A stretch of 10,732 bases of DNA from a virus (taxonomy: Duplodnaviria; Heunggongvirae; Uroviricota; Caudoviricetes), in the IMG/VR virus record IMGVR_UViG_2541047163_000014, one strand, 5' to 3'. A program made the position numbers and the translations under genes. The notes below the pieces were generated by a model. That model was not told the origin of the DNA and ran no database searches. It saw only the letters and a program-made list of their open reading frames with translations. Of this stretch, positions 1 to 7,713 are shown one piece after another (position 1 is the first letter of the stretch; each line of letters starts with the position of its first letter).

Positions 1-68
1 CGCACTGACGGTTTCATCGTGGGTGTCGGTTATAAGTTCTGATTAGCCAGGTAACACAGTGTTATGAC

Positions 69-96
69 AGCCCGCCGGTTCAGGCGGGCTTTTTTG
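69..96 (+). terminator. Rho-independent terminator (8-bp GC-rich stem AGCCCGCC/GGCGGGCT, 6-nt loop, followed by TTTTTT) ending the upstream off-window gene
   Basis: Perfect inverted repeat agcccgcc-ggttca-ggcgggct followed by a T6 run, read directly from the sequence immediately upstream of the tail fibre start. Confidence 0.75.
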
Positions 97-106
97 TGGG
101 GTGAAT

Positions 107-3022
107 ATGGCAGTAAAGATTTCAGGTGTACTGAAAGACGGCACAGGAAAACCAGTACAGAACTGCACCATTCAACTGAAAGCCAGACGTAACAGCGCCA
201 CGGTGGTGGTGAACACGGTGGCCTCTGAAAATCCGGATGAAGCCGGTCGTTACAGCATGGACGTTGAGTACGGTCAGTACAGCGTTATTCTGTTGGTGGA
301 AGGGTTCCCGCCGTCACATGCCGGGACCATCACCGTGTATGAAGATTCTCAACCCGGTACGCTGAATGATTTTCTTGGTGCCATGACTGAGGATGATGTC
401 CGTCCGGAGGCACTGCGCCGTTTTGAGCTGATGGTGGAAGAGGTGGCGCGTAACGCGTCCGCGGTGGCACAGAACACGGCAGCCGCGAAGAAGTCAGCCA
501 GCGATGCCAGCACATCAGCCCGTGAGGCGGCAACCCATGCGACTGATGCTGCGGACTCAGCACGCGCAGCCAGCACGTCAGCCGGACAGGCCGCGTCGTC
601 GGCTCAGTCAGCGTCTTCCAGCGCAGGAACGGCATCAACAAAGGCTACTGAAGCATCAAAAAGTGCTGCCGCTGCAGAGTCCTCAAAAAGCGCGGCGGCT
701 ACCAGTGCCGGTGCGGCGAAAACGTCAGAAACGAATGCGGCAGTGTCACAACAATCAGCCGCCACTTCTGCATCCACCGCGACCACGAAAGCGTCAGAAG
801 CTGCCTCCTCAGCCAGGGATGCGTCGGCTTCAAAAGAGGCGGCAAAATCATCAGAAACGAGCGCAGCCTCGAGCGCCAGTAGTGCAGCCTCCTCGGCAAC
901 GGCGGCAGGCAATTCCGCGAAGGCGGCCAAAACGTCTGAGACAAACGCTAAGTCCTCTGAAACGGCAGCAGAACAGAGTGCCTCCGCAGCAGCAGGCTCA
1001 AAAACAGCGGCTGCATTATCTGCCAGTGCCGCGTCAACAAGTGCCGGGCAGGCCTCAGCCAGTGCCACCGCCGCCGGAAAATCGGCAGAAAGTGCCGCAT
1101 CGTCTGCTTCAACAGCCACAACGAAGGCTGGCGAAGCCACTGAACAGGCCAGCGCAGCAGCGAGTTCTGCTTCCGCAGCGAAGACATCCGAAACGAACGC
1201 GAAAGCGTCGGAAACCAGCGCAGAATCCTCAAAAACGGCTGCCGCATCGTCAGCCAGTTCGGCGGCGTCATCGGCATCATCTGCGTCTGCTTCAAAAGAT
1301 GAGGCGACCAGACAAGCGTCAGCAGCGAAGAGCAGCGCCACGACGGCATCCACGAAGGCGACAGAGGCAGCTGGTAGTGCGACGGCAGCAGCTCAGAGCA
1401 AAAGTACGGCGGAATCTGCAGCAACGCGCGCTGAGACAGCGGCAAAACGGGCAGAGGATATTGCATCCGCCGTGGCGCTTGAGGATGCGAGCACGACGAA
1501 AAAGGGGATAGTACAGCTCAGCAGTGCGACTAACAGCACTTCCGAGTCACTGGCGGCAACGCCAAAAGCCGTTAAGGCCGCGTATGAGCTGGCTAACGGG
1601 AAATACACCGCACAGGATGCAACGACAGCACAGAAAGGGATAGTTCAGCTTAGCAACGCGACCAACAGCACATCTGAAATGCTGGCGGCAACGCCAAAGT
1701 CGGTAAAGGCAGCCTATGACCTTGCTAACGGGAAATATACTGCTCAGGACGCTACGACAGCACAAAAAGGAATTGTCCAGCTCAGTAGTGCAACCAACAG
1801 CGCATCTGAAACGCTTGCCGCGACACCGAAAGCAGTGAAAGCAGCTAATGATAATGCGAATGGTCGGGTACCTTCTGCCCGTAAGGTGAATGGTAAGGCG
1901 CTTTCATCGGATATAACACTGACGCCGAAAGATATTGGTACGCTTAACTCAACAACAATGTCATTCAGCGGTGGTGCTGGTTGGTTCAAATTAGCAACGG
2001 TAACCATGCCACAGGCGAGTTCTGTTGTTTCAATTACGTTGATTGGTGGCGCGGGATTTAACGTGGGGTCACCTCAACAGGCAGGTATATCTGAACTTGT
2101 TTTGCGTGCAGGTAATGGTAATCCGAAGGGGATTACTGGTGCTTTATGGCAGCGCACATCGACAGGGTTTACAAATTTTGCCTGGGTCAATACATCTGGT
2201 GATACTTACGATATTTACGTTGCAATCGGAAATTATGCGACTGGTGTAAATATTCAATGGGATTATACCAGTAATGCCAGCGTGACGATTCATACGTCAC
2301 CAGCATATTCTGCTAATAAGCCGGAAGGGTTAACGGACGGTACAGTTTATTCACTCTATACGCCATCAGAGCAGTTTTATCCGCCTGGCGCACCAATCCC
2401 GTGGCCATCAGATACCGTTCCGTCTGGCTATGCCCTGATGCAGGGGCAGACTTTTGACAAATCTGCATACCCGAAACTTGCAGCCGCTTATCCGTCAGGC
2501 GTGATCCCTGATATGCGTGGCTGGACGATTAAGGGCAAACCTGCCAGTGGTCGGGCCGTATTGTCTCAGGAACAGGACGGCATTAAATCGCACACCCACA
2601 GCGCCAGCGCATCCAGTACGGATTTGGGGACGAAAACCACATCGTCGTTTGATTACGGCACTAAATCCACGAATAACACCGGGGCGCACACGCACAGTGT
2701 GAGCGGTACAGCCGCAAGTGCCGGAAACCATACTCATAGTGTCACAGGCGCATCAGCAGTCAGCCAGTGGTCACAAAATGGGTCAGTACATAAGGTAGTG
2801 TCTGCGGCCAGTGTGAATACAAGTGCTGCAGGAGCGCACACTCATAGTGTCAGCGGCACAGCTGCATCTGCAGGTGCTCACGCACATACTGTCGGTATTG
2901 GTGCTCATACGCACTCTGTTGCGATTGGCTCACATGGACACACCATCACCGTTAACGCTGCGGGTAACGCGGAAAACACTGTCAAAAACATCGCATTTAA
3001 CTACATTGTGAGGCTTGCATAA
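107..3022 (+). CDS. stf: Side tail fibre protein, lambda Stf / StfR-like (the ORF track starts at GTG 101; ATG 107 giving [12 protein letters not shown] is the more likely start)
   Basis: N-terminus [26 protein letters not shown]...[34 protein letters not shown] matches the lambda Stf N-terminal domain as I remember it. It is followed by a long Ala/Ser/Thr-rich low-complexity shaft, three tandem ~42-aa repeats ([42 protein letters not shown]) and a C-terminal module with His-x-His repeats ([15 protein letters not shown]...) ending [11 protein letters not shown], typical of Stf / P2 gpH / T4 gp37-type fibre tips. GGGG lies upstream of the ATG. Confidence 0.93.
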   Translation: MAVKISGVLKDGTGKPVQNCTIQLKARRNSATVVVNTVASENPDEAGRYSMDVEYGQYSVILLVEGFPPSHAGTITVYEDSQPGTLNDFLGAMTEDDVRPEALRRFELMVEEVARNASAVAQNTAAAKKSASDASTSAREAATHATDAADSARAASTSAGQAASSAQSASSSAGTASTKATEASKSAAAAESSKSAAATSAGAAKTSETNAAVSQQSAATSASTATTKASEAASSARDASASKEAAKSSETSAASSASSAASSATAAGNSAKAAKTSETNAKSSETAAEQSASAAAGSKTAAALSASAASTSAGQASASATAAGKSAESAASSASTATTKAGEATEQASAAASSASAAKTSETNAKASETSAESSKTAAASSASSAASSASSASASKDEATRQASAAKSSATTASTKATEAAGSATAAAQSKSTAESAATRAETAAKRAEDIASAVALEDASTTKKGIVQLSSATNSTSESLAATPKAVKAAYELANGKYTAQDATTAQKGIVQLSNATNSTSEMLAATPKSVKAAYDLANGKYTAQDATTAQKGIVQLSSATNSASETLAATPKAVKAANDNANGRVPSARKVNGKALSSDITLTPKDIGTLNSTTMSFSGGAGWFKLATVTMPQASSVVSITLIGGAGFNVGSPQQAGISELVLRAGNGNPKGITGALWQRTSTGFTNFAWVNTSGDTYDIYVAIGNYATGVNIQWDYTSNASVTIHTSPAYSANKPEGLTDGTVYSLYTPSEQFYPPGAPIPWPSDTVPSGYALMQGQTFDKSAYPKLAAAYPSGVIPDMRGWTIKGKPASGRAVLSQEQDGIKSHTHSASASSTDLGTKTTSSFDYGTKSTNNTGAHTHSVSGTAASAGNHTHSVTGASAVSQWSQNGSVHKVVSAASVNTSAAGAHTHSVSGTAASAGAHAHTVGIGAHTHSVAIGSHGHTITVNAAGNAENTVKNIAFNYIVRLA
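1490..1850 (+). repeat. Three tandem ~126-bp coding repeats (42-aa units) within stf
   Basis: Protein-level triple repeat [43 protein letters not shown] / [44 protein letters not shown] / [30 protein letters not shown]. The DNA copies differ mostly at synonymous positions. Confidence 0.8.
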
Positions 3023-3600
3023 TGGCATTCAGAATGAGTGAACAACCACGGACCATAAAAATTTATAATCTGCTGACCGGAACTAATGAATTTATTGGTG
3101 AAGGTGACGCATATATTCCGCCTCATACAGGTCTGCCAGCAAACAGTACCTATATTGCACCGCCAGATATTCCGGCTGGCTTCGTGGCTGTTTTCAACAG
3201 TGATGAGGCATCGTGGCATCTCGTTGAAGATCATCGGGGTAAAACGGTTTATGACGTGGCTTCCGGCGACGCGTTATTTATTTCTGAACTCGGTCCGTTA
3301 CCGGAAAATGTTACCTGGTTGTCGCCGGATGGAGAGTGTCAGAAGTGGAACGGCACATCCTGGGCGAAAGATGCAGAAGCAGAAAAACTGTTTCGGGTAC
3401 GGGAGGCAGAAGAAACAAAAAACAGCCTGATGCAGGTAGCCAGTGAGCATATTGCGCCACTTCAGGATGCCGTAGATTTGGATATTGCGACGGAGGAAGA
3501 GGCATCGTTACTGGCTGCATGGAAGACATATCGGGTATTGTTGAATCGTGTTGATACAACAGTAGCAGCGGATGTTGAGTGGCCAGTCGCCCCACAATAA
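3022..3600 (+). CDS. tfa: Tail fibre assembly protein (Tfa family chaperone)
   Basis: 192-aa product directly downstream of stf, with the ATG overlapping the stf TAA stop (TAATG). The sequence ([49 protein letters not shown]...EWPVAPQ) resembles lambda/Rac-type Tfa proteins, and the position is the canonical one for a fibre chaperone. Confidence 0.88.
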   Translation: MAFRMSEQPRTIKIYNLLTGTNEFIGEGDAYIPPHTGLPANSTYIAPPDIPAGFVAVFNSDEASWHLVEDHRGKTVYDVASGDALFISELGPLPENVTWLSPDGECQKWNGTSWAKDAEAEKLFRVREAEETKNSLMQVASEHIAPLQDAVDLDIATEEEASLLAAWKTYRVLLNRVDTTVAADVEWPVAPQ

Positions 3601-3606
3601 AAAGAA

Positions 3607-3636
3607 AAAGCCATCGACAGAAATATCGATGGCTTT
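3607..3636. terminator. Bidirectional intrinsic terminator between convergent tfa (+) and the acetyltransferase gene (-)
   Basis: 11-bp perfect stem aaagccatcga / tcgatggcttt with an 8-nt loop. T-rich tracts flank it on both strands (CTTTTTCTTTTTATT on the - strand, TTTATGT on the + strand). Confidence 0.75.
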
Positions 3637-3643
3637 ATGTACT

Positions 3644-4216
3644 CTATTTATACAATACAACACCACTCTTTTTAGTTATATATGTGCAGTTTGATGGTAT
3701 ATCTTTATTTATAAAAGACATTGCACCTATTTTTACATTATCCCCAATTTTACGTGATAATCCAATGATGCAACAATTAGCTCCGATATCAACGTTACTA
3801 CCAATTTTTACTCTTGAACTAGGCATATCACCATCTATCTGTCCAATGGTAGTATTCTGTCGTAATACCAGATTTTCACCCGCATCAACAGCAAAATGAA
3901 CAACAATTCCAGCATGATGGGGAATTGTCAACCCTTTTCCAATATTTGCGCCCAATCCTATTTCACAACCAAACTTGTTAATTATTTTACTGTTTAACTT
4001 TTTGGCTGCTTTCTTATGTAATTTATTACCATTAATATACATTTCGTTAGCCAACCGCCACCAGAAAAGGAAATTCCGGTTACGCTGCTTTTTCTCTCTT
4101 AAAAGCCTCCAGATATCCATACGTTTCCGCCGAATTACTTCATGTTTCCAGAAGTTTTTTAAATTAGTAGAGTTTCCAAATAAAACAAAGTGAATTGCCA
4201 TTAAGTAAGATAGCAC
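3644..4216 (-). CDS. Hexapeptide-repeat (left-handed beta-helix) acetyltransferase, serine-acetyltransferase (CysE/WcaB)-like; AT-rich moron. Start probably GTG 4216 (AAGGAG 6 nt upstream) or ATG 4201; the ORF-track GTG at 4249 is less likely
   Basis: Translation contains the SAT-family core ...FWWRLANEMYINGNKLHKKAAKKLNSKIINKFGCEIGLGANIGKGLTIPHHAGIVVHFAVDAGENLVLRQNTTIGQIDGDMPSSRVKIGSNVDIGANCCIIGLSRKIGDNVKIGAMSFINKDIPSN. That is an amphipathic N-terminal helix segment followed by [LIV]-G-x-x-x-x hexapeptide repeats. G+C is strikingly low (roughly one-third by eye) compared with the flanking phage genes. Stop is TAG at 3644-3646. Confidence 0.8.
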   Translation of the reverse strand: MLSYLMAIHFVLFGNSTNLKNFWKHEVIRRKRMDIWRLLREKKQRNRNFLFWWRLANEMYINGNKLHKKAAKKLNSKIINKFGCEIGLGANIGKGLTIPHHAGIVVHFAVDAGENLVLRQNTTIGQIDGDMPSSRVKIGSNVDIGANCCIIGLSRKIGDNVKIGAMSFINKDIPSNCTYITKKSGVVLYK

Positions 4217-4267
4217 GATAATCTCCTTAATTATTATTTCAGACCACACATGTTATAAGGTTAAGAG

Positions 4268-4296
4268 ATTATAAAATCCTGTTATTTGTTATTCAA
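4268..4296 (-). promoter_or_regulatory. Near-consensus sigma70 promoter for the acetyltransferase gene (-35 TTGAAT, 17-bp spacer, -10 TATAAT on the - strand)
   Basis: Read on the - strand: TTGAAT-AACAAATAACAGGATTT-TATAAT, about 50 nt upstream of the AAGGAG ribosome-binding site and GTG 4216. Confidence 0.6.
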
Positions 4297-4372
4297 AAAC
4301 AATTTTCTGAGAAGGACATACAACAGCAAGTCGCCAGTCACCTTCATCAGGAAATTGGCGACATACGTTAAA

Positions 4373-4867
4373 TCAGAGCAGCCCCTTAACTGAGCTGGCC
4401 GCGCTATTAAGGGATGATGTCACCTTATCTTTGAAGCCGGACAGCATATCGCTGAACGATGAGGATTGCAGGCGCTCCCGCAAATCCTCATCACAGCGTT
4501 CAAGAGTCAGTGAAAATTCTATCTTTTTCGCCTTACCGTAGCGATCAAACTCGGAGCGGGTCGTATTCGTTCCGGTCAGGACATACATGCCGTAAATCTG
4601 CCCGACGCCATCAATCAAAGGCCAAGGACGTCCTGTATATGCCTGCGTGGTCAACAACGACAGCGACACTTCGCCACCAGTAATCTCAGGATAAAGAACA
4701 CCAGAAAGAACGATGCGATCATCACCTGCACCGATATACTGCCAGCTTGCTGAACGGTTAACGCGTTCATTTTTCACATGTCGCCAGCTTTTGTTTTGCT
4801 GTAACTGCTGATGCGGCAACGTGCGCAGCTCAAAAACAAACATGCCGTAGATCATCATCATGGCCAT
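4373..4867 (-). CDS. Phage tail protein, P2 gpU-like (true start may be one of the ATGs at 4861/4858 rather than 4867)
   Basis: Translation MAMMMIYGMFVFELRTLPHQQL...IVLSGVLYPEITGG...IYGMYVLTG...KIEFSLTLERCDE... matches the conserved gpU family pattern. It lies immediately downstream of the tape measure stop, as in the P2 FI-FII-E-T-U-D order. Confidence 0.85.
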   Translation of the reverse strand: MAMMMIYGMFVFELRTLPHQQLQQNKSWRHVKNERVNRSASWQYIGAGDDRIVLSGVLYPEITGGEVSLSLLTTQAYTGRPWPLIDGVGQIYGMYVLTGTNTTRSEFDRYGKAKKIEFSLTLERCDEDLRERLQSSSFSDMLSGFKDKVTSSLNSAASSVKGLL

Positions 4868-4873
4868 GACTCC

Positions 4874-5710
4874 TCAATCTTTATCGTAAAAACTGCCACG
4901 CCTGGCACGGGCGCGCCGTTCCATTTCTGCCCTGACCATTTCGCCGACCAGTTTCGCCAGTTCGCGGGGATTCTGCGTAACAACGTTATGCAGATGAACA
5001 TGAATTTCACCGCCAAATCCGGAGGCAACAGGCTCCCGGTTACGGGAAGTTGCAGGAACTGATGCCACTGGCGATCGTATGGCCTCCACCACCGGGCGGG
5101 AGCTGGCCGCAACAACAGGGACCAGCGCCGGAGGCAGCGGAGCCGGGACCACGGGTGTGATATTAATTGCGGGGGCAGGCTTACTGACCTGCGCAATCTT
5201 CCGCTCCTGCCACTCCCCACGAACAGCAAGTGCGCGGGGCAGGTTCTTAAAGACAATATCGCCGGGGCCAATGCGTTTTTTTGTCTCATCAACCAGCTTA
5301 CCTGTGTTATCAGCAATTTTGCTGAGTCTGCGTAGCGTGCCGGTATTGCTGTCTGTGAGAGGTTTGTTGTCTTTGGGTTTATCATCTCCGGTGCCATTGC
5401 TATTTCCCGCAGACTTCGGCGGATTGATTTTCGCAATGTCTCCCTGAAACAGAGCAACCTTGTCCTGAAGAATGGCCGCACGTTGTGCGTCTTCGATTTT
5501 CTTGCGCGCCCTTTCCGCTTCATCCGGAAGCACACCGAGTTTTTCAAGTATCCACGCCAGCGTATCCAGCAACATTTTTGCAGGCGTCAGAACAAGCTGT
5601 AACGCACCACCAAGAACGTTACCGAATACCTCGCCAGCACTGGTACATTTATCCAGCGTTTCCTTGCTGGACTCCATCGGTGACAGCAGCGATTTAAACC
5701 AGTTAAACAC
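4874..5710 (-). CDS. Tail tape measure protein, C-terminal about 280 codons in a different frame (continuation of the gpT-like gene after the apparent frameshift)
   Basis: This ORF overlaps the 3' end of the 5587..7713 ORF in another frame. Its sequence (FNWFKSLLSPMESSKETLDKCTSAGEVFGNVLGGALQLV...) continues naturally from ...FERFGPVFDVIGSG if one base is restored near 5719-5721. It ends 6 nt before the gpU start. P2-type operons have no separate gene between T and U. Confidence 0.75.
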   Translation of the reverse strand: MFNWFKSLLSPMESSKETLDKCTSAGEVFGNVLGGALQLVLTPAKMLLDTLAWILEKLGVLPDEAERARKKIEDAQRAAILQDKVALFQGDIAKINPPKSAGNSNGTGDDKPKDNKPLTDSNTGTLRRLSKIADNTGKLVDETKKRIGPGDIVFKNLPRALAVRGEWQERKIAQVSKPAPAINITPVVPAPLPPALVPVVAASSRPVVEAIRSPVASVPATSRNREPVASGFGGEIHVHLHNVVTQNPRELAKLVGEMVRAEMERRARARRGSFYDKD

Positions 5711-7713
5711 CTGGCTGAACCGCTTCCGATTACGTCAAAAACAGGGCCAAACCGTTCAAAGGTGTCGCGCAACGGGGTCAGCCTTTCCATAATCCCGCTG
5801 AACACCCCGGCAAAGAAAGCCCTGATAGGATCCCAGTATTTCCAGATAAGAACGGCAGCTCCGGCAAGCGCAGCCACGATAAGACCAACCGGACTGAACA
5901 ACGCCCCGATAACGCCTCCCAGTAAAGAAACGGAACCCGTCACCATTCCCCATAGCGCAGGTAACACCCTGACGACATTCATTGACCGGGTAAGAATGTC
6001 AAAACCAAGACGCAGGGTGGCCAGCTTCCCGTAAAGCACCCCAATAACCAGCGACAACGAGCCAATCGTTGCAGTCATTGCCAGCAACGCACCGCCTGCT
6101 ATCAGTAGCTGGCGCGTCAGTACCGGATGGGCCTGCGCCAGCGAGGTGATTTTTTCAAGCACCCGCGTGAGCCACTGCGTGACAGAACGCAGCGGACCGT
6201 CAACCAGATCACTGATGCGAATACGAAGACCTTCCCATGCGCTGTCGAGATTTTTCAGGTCCCCATCAAGATTATCAGCCATTACTTTTGCGACGCGATC
6301 GGCCTCTCCCCTTGCCCCCTGCAATTCTCTGGTCAGTTTTTGCAGCTCTCCTGAACCAGCCGCCGCAACAAGCGTCTGCAAACCAACGAACGCCTCTTCT
6401 CCGGCGATGTCCTTGAAGAAGGAGACCTGGTCCACCTGTCCGTATTTTTGTGTCGCCTTATAGAGATCAAGCAGCACATCCTCCATCGGGCGCATTTTGC
6501 CTCTGGCGTCAGCAACTGACACCCCCAGCTCTTTCAGTGCATCAGCCGCAGCTTTTGGCGGTGATGCAAGGCGGGACAGACTTGCGCGCATGGCCGTGCC
6601 AGCATCGCTTCCGCGAAGACCATTATTGGCAAGCATCCCGGCCATGGCCGCCGCTTCTTCAAGACTGATACCAAGTTTTGCGGCAACCGGACCGGTATAC
6701 TTCATGGTTTCGCCCAGCGCGCGTAAATCAGTATTGGTCCGGGTAAATGCTGCTGTCAGCGTATCGCCCACCCGGTCCATTTGATCGGCTGTCAGGTTGA
6801 ACTGTGTGAGGATATTGGAGCCTATATCAGCCGTCTCGCCGAGTTCGACGCCACCTGCCAGCGCCATATTAAGAACACCGGGCAATGCGGCCTGAATGGC
6901 CTGCGGAGTAAAACCAGCCATTGCCAGAAAGCTCTGCCCACTGGCGGCATCACTCGCAGTAAACTGTGTTTCAGCAAGTTTTAACGCCTGCTCACGCAGC
7001 GCCTTAAACTGCGGGCTGTTTTTGTCGATTCGCGTCAGTGCCTGAACGCGGGACATCTCTTTGCCGAACCCGATCGCAGGCTGCAAAAAACGCCCGGCAG
7101 CATAGCCGCCCGCCGCTGCCGCACCAATTGCCAGCGCACCACCTGTTTTCAGTTTTCCCGCGGTTTCCTGCGCGTGCGAATACCGCTCACGCGCCTGCGT
7201 TACACGCGCAAGCGCCTGCCGTTCGCGTTCAAGCTGGTTGTTGTATTGTTCGGTGCGTCTGATGGCCTGCTGAATGGTGTTATCGCTGCCTGTCAGGGAA
7301 ATGCCGTGGCGTTTCAGCTCTCCGCCAAGTTCCCTCATTTTCTGAATTTCCCGTGTGCGCGATTCATTCAGGCGTTCAAGCCGGGTGCTTAACTGCTGCA
7401 TCAGCTTTTGTTGTTTTTCGCTGAGCACTGTACCCGTGCGTTGTAACTGATTAAGGGCGTTAAGCTGGCGTCGTGCTTTCACGATGCCAGCATCCGCTTT
7501 ACTGACAGCGTCGCGGGCGCGCTCAAATGATCGCGCCTGACGCTCGAGATTTTTGATCGCCCCCTGCGTTCGCTGGATGGAGTCACCAAACTGCCCCATC
7601 AGGCGGCGTGCGTTTTCGGCAGGTCGGGTCAGCCTGTCAACGGCGCTGAAAGCGACCCGGATATCAAGAGTCTTCATTGTCTGCATTCCCGCTGCGAAGT
7701 GCCGCCCGCTCAC
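5587..7713 (-). CDS. Tail tape measure protein (P2 gpT-like), N-terminal about 660 codons; the reading frame breaks near 5715-5740 (likely start ATG 7677 or 7686 rather than GTG 7713)
   Basis: Long, helical, Ala/Leu/Gln/Arg-rich protein with a hydrophobic Gly-rich segment (LIAGGALLAMTATIGSLSLVIGVLYG...GGVIGALFSPVGLIVAALAGAAVLIW) typical of tape measure proteins, positioned between E' and U. The last ~45 residues of this ORF (SARCLTGLNRCCHRWSPARKRW...) look like out-of-frame translation. Confidence 0.8.
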   Translation of the reverse strand: MSGRHFAAGMQTMKTLDIRVAFSAVDRLTRPAENARRLMGQFGDSIQRTQGAIKNLERQARSFERARDAVSKADAGIVKARRQLNALNQLQRTGTVLSEKQQKLMQQLSTRLERLNESRTREIQKMRELGGELKRHGISLTGSDNTIQQAIRRTEQYNNQLERERQALARVTQARERYSHAQETAGKLKTGGALAIGAAAAGGYAAGRFLQPAIGFGKEMSRVQALTRIDKNSPQFKALREQALKLAETQFTASDAASGQSFLAMAGFTPQAIQAALPGVLNMALAGGVELGETADIGSNILTQFNLTADQMDRVGDTLTAAFTRTNTDLRALGETMKYTGPVAAKLGISLEEAAAMAGMLANNGLRGSDAGTAMRASLSRLASPPKAAADALKELGVSVADARGKMRPMEDVLLDLYKATQKYGQVDQVSFFKDIAGEEAFVGLQTLVAAAGSGELQKLTRELQGARGEADRVAKVMADNLDGDLKNLDSAWEGLRIRISDLVDGPLRSVTQWLTRVLEKITSLAQAHPVLTRQLLIAGGALLAMTATIGSLSLVIGVLYGKLATLRLGFDILTRSMNVVRVLPALWGMVTGSVSLLGGVIGALFSPVGLIVAALAGAAVLIWKYWDPIRAFFAGVFSGIMERLTPLRDTFERFGPVFDVIGSGSARCLTGLNRCCHRWSPARKRWINVPVLARYSVTFLVVRYSLF

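Noticed and set aside
101-106. GTG at 101 as the stf start (MNMAVK...)
   Set aside because: Lambda Stf as I remember it begins MAVKISG, and the ATG at 107 has a better-spaced G-rich ribosome-binding site. GTG 101 lies only a few nucleotides after the terminator T-run.
504-1511. 335-aa Arg/Pro/Gln-rich + strand ORF, with 604..1353, 948..1466 and other - strand ORFs overlapping it
   Set aside because: These are alternative-frame and antisense readings of the GC-rich, repetitive Ala/Ser-coding shaft region of stf. They have extreme low-complexity composition and no start context, so they are stop-free artefacts.
1490-1850. Possible CRISPR-like repeat array
   Set aside because: The repeats are in-frame coding repeats (42-aa units) inside the tail fibre gene with no spacer structure, so this is not a CRISPR array.
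4217-4249. GTG at 4249 as the acetyltransferase start
   Set aside because: It sits only about 20 nt downstream of the predicted -10 box and has no Shine-Dalgarno sequence. The AAGGAG at 4223-4228 fits GTG 4216 (or ATG 4201) much better.
4330-4362. Inverted repeat GTCGCCA...TGGCGAC downstream of gpU
   Set aside because: It has only a 7-bp stem with a 19-nt loop and a weak U-tract. That is too weak to call a terminator or operator with confidence.
4858-5547. 229-aa and other ORFs (5079..5447 +, 5472..5792 +, 6146..6463 + and similar) overlapping the tape measure gene
   Set aside because: These are alternative-frame or antisense ORFs inside the tape measure coding region. They have Arg/Ser/Pro-rich artefact composition and no independent support.
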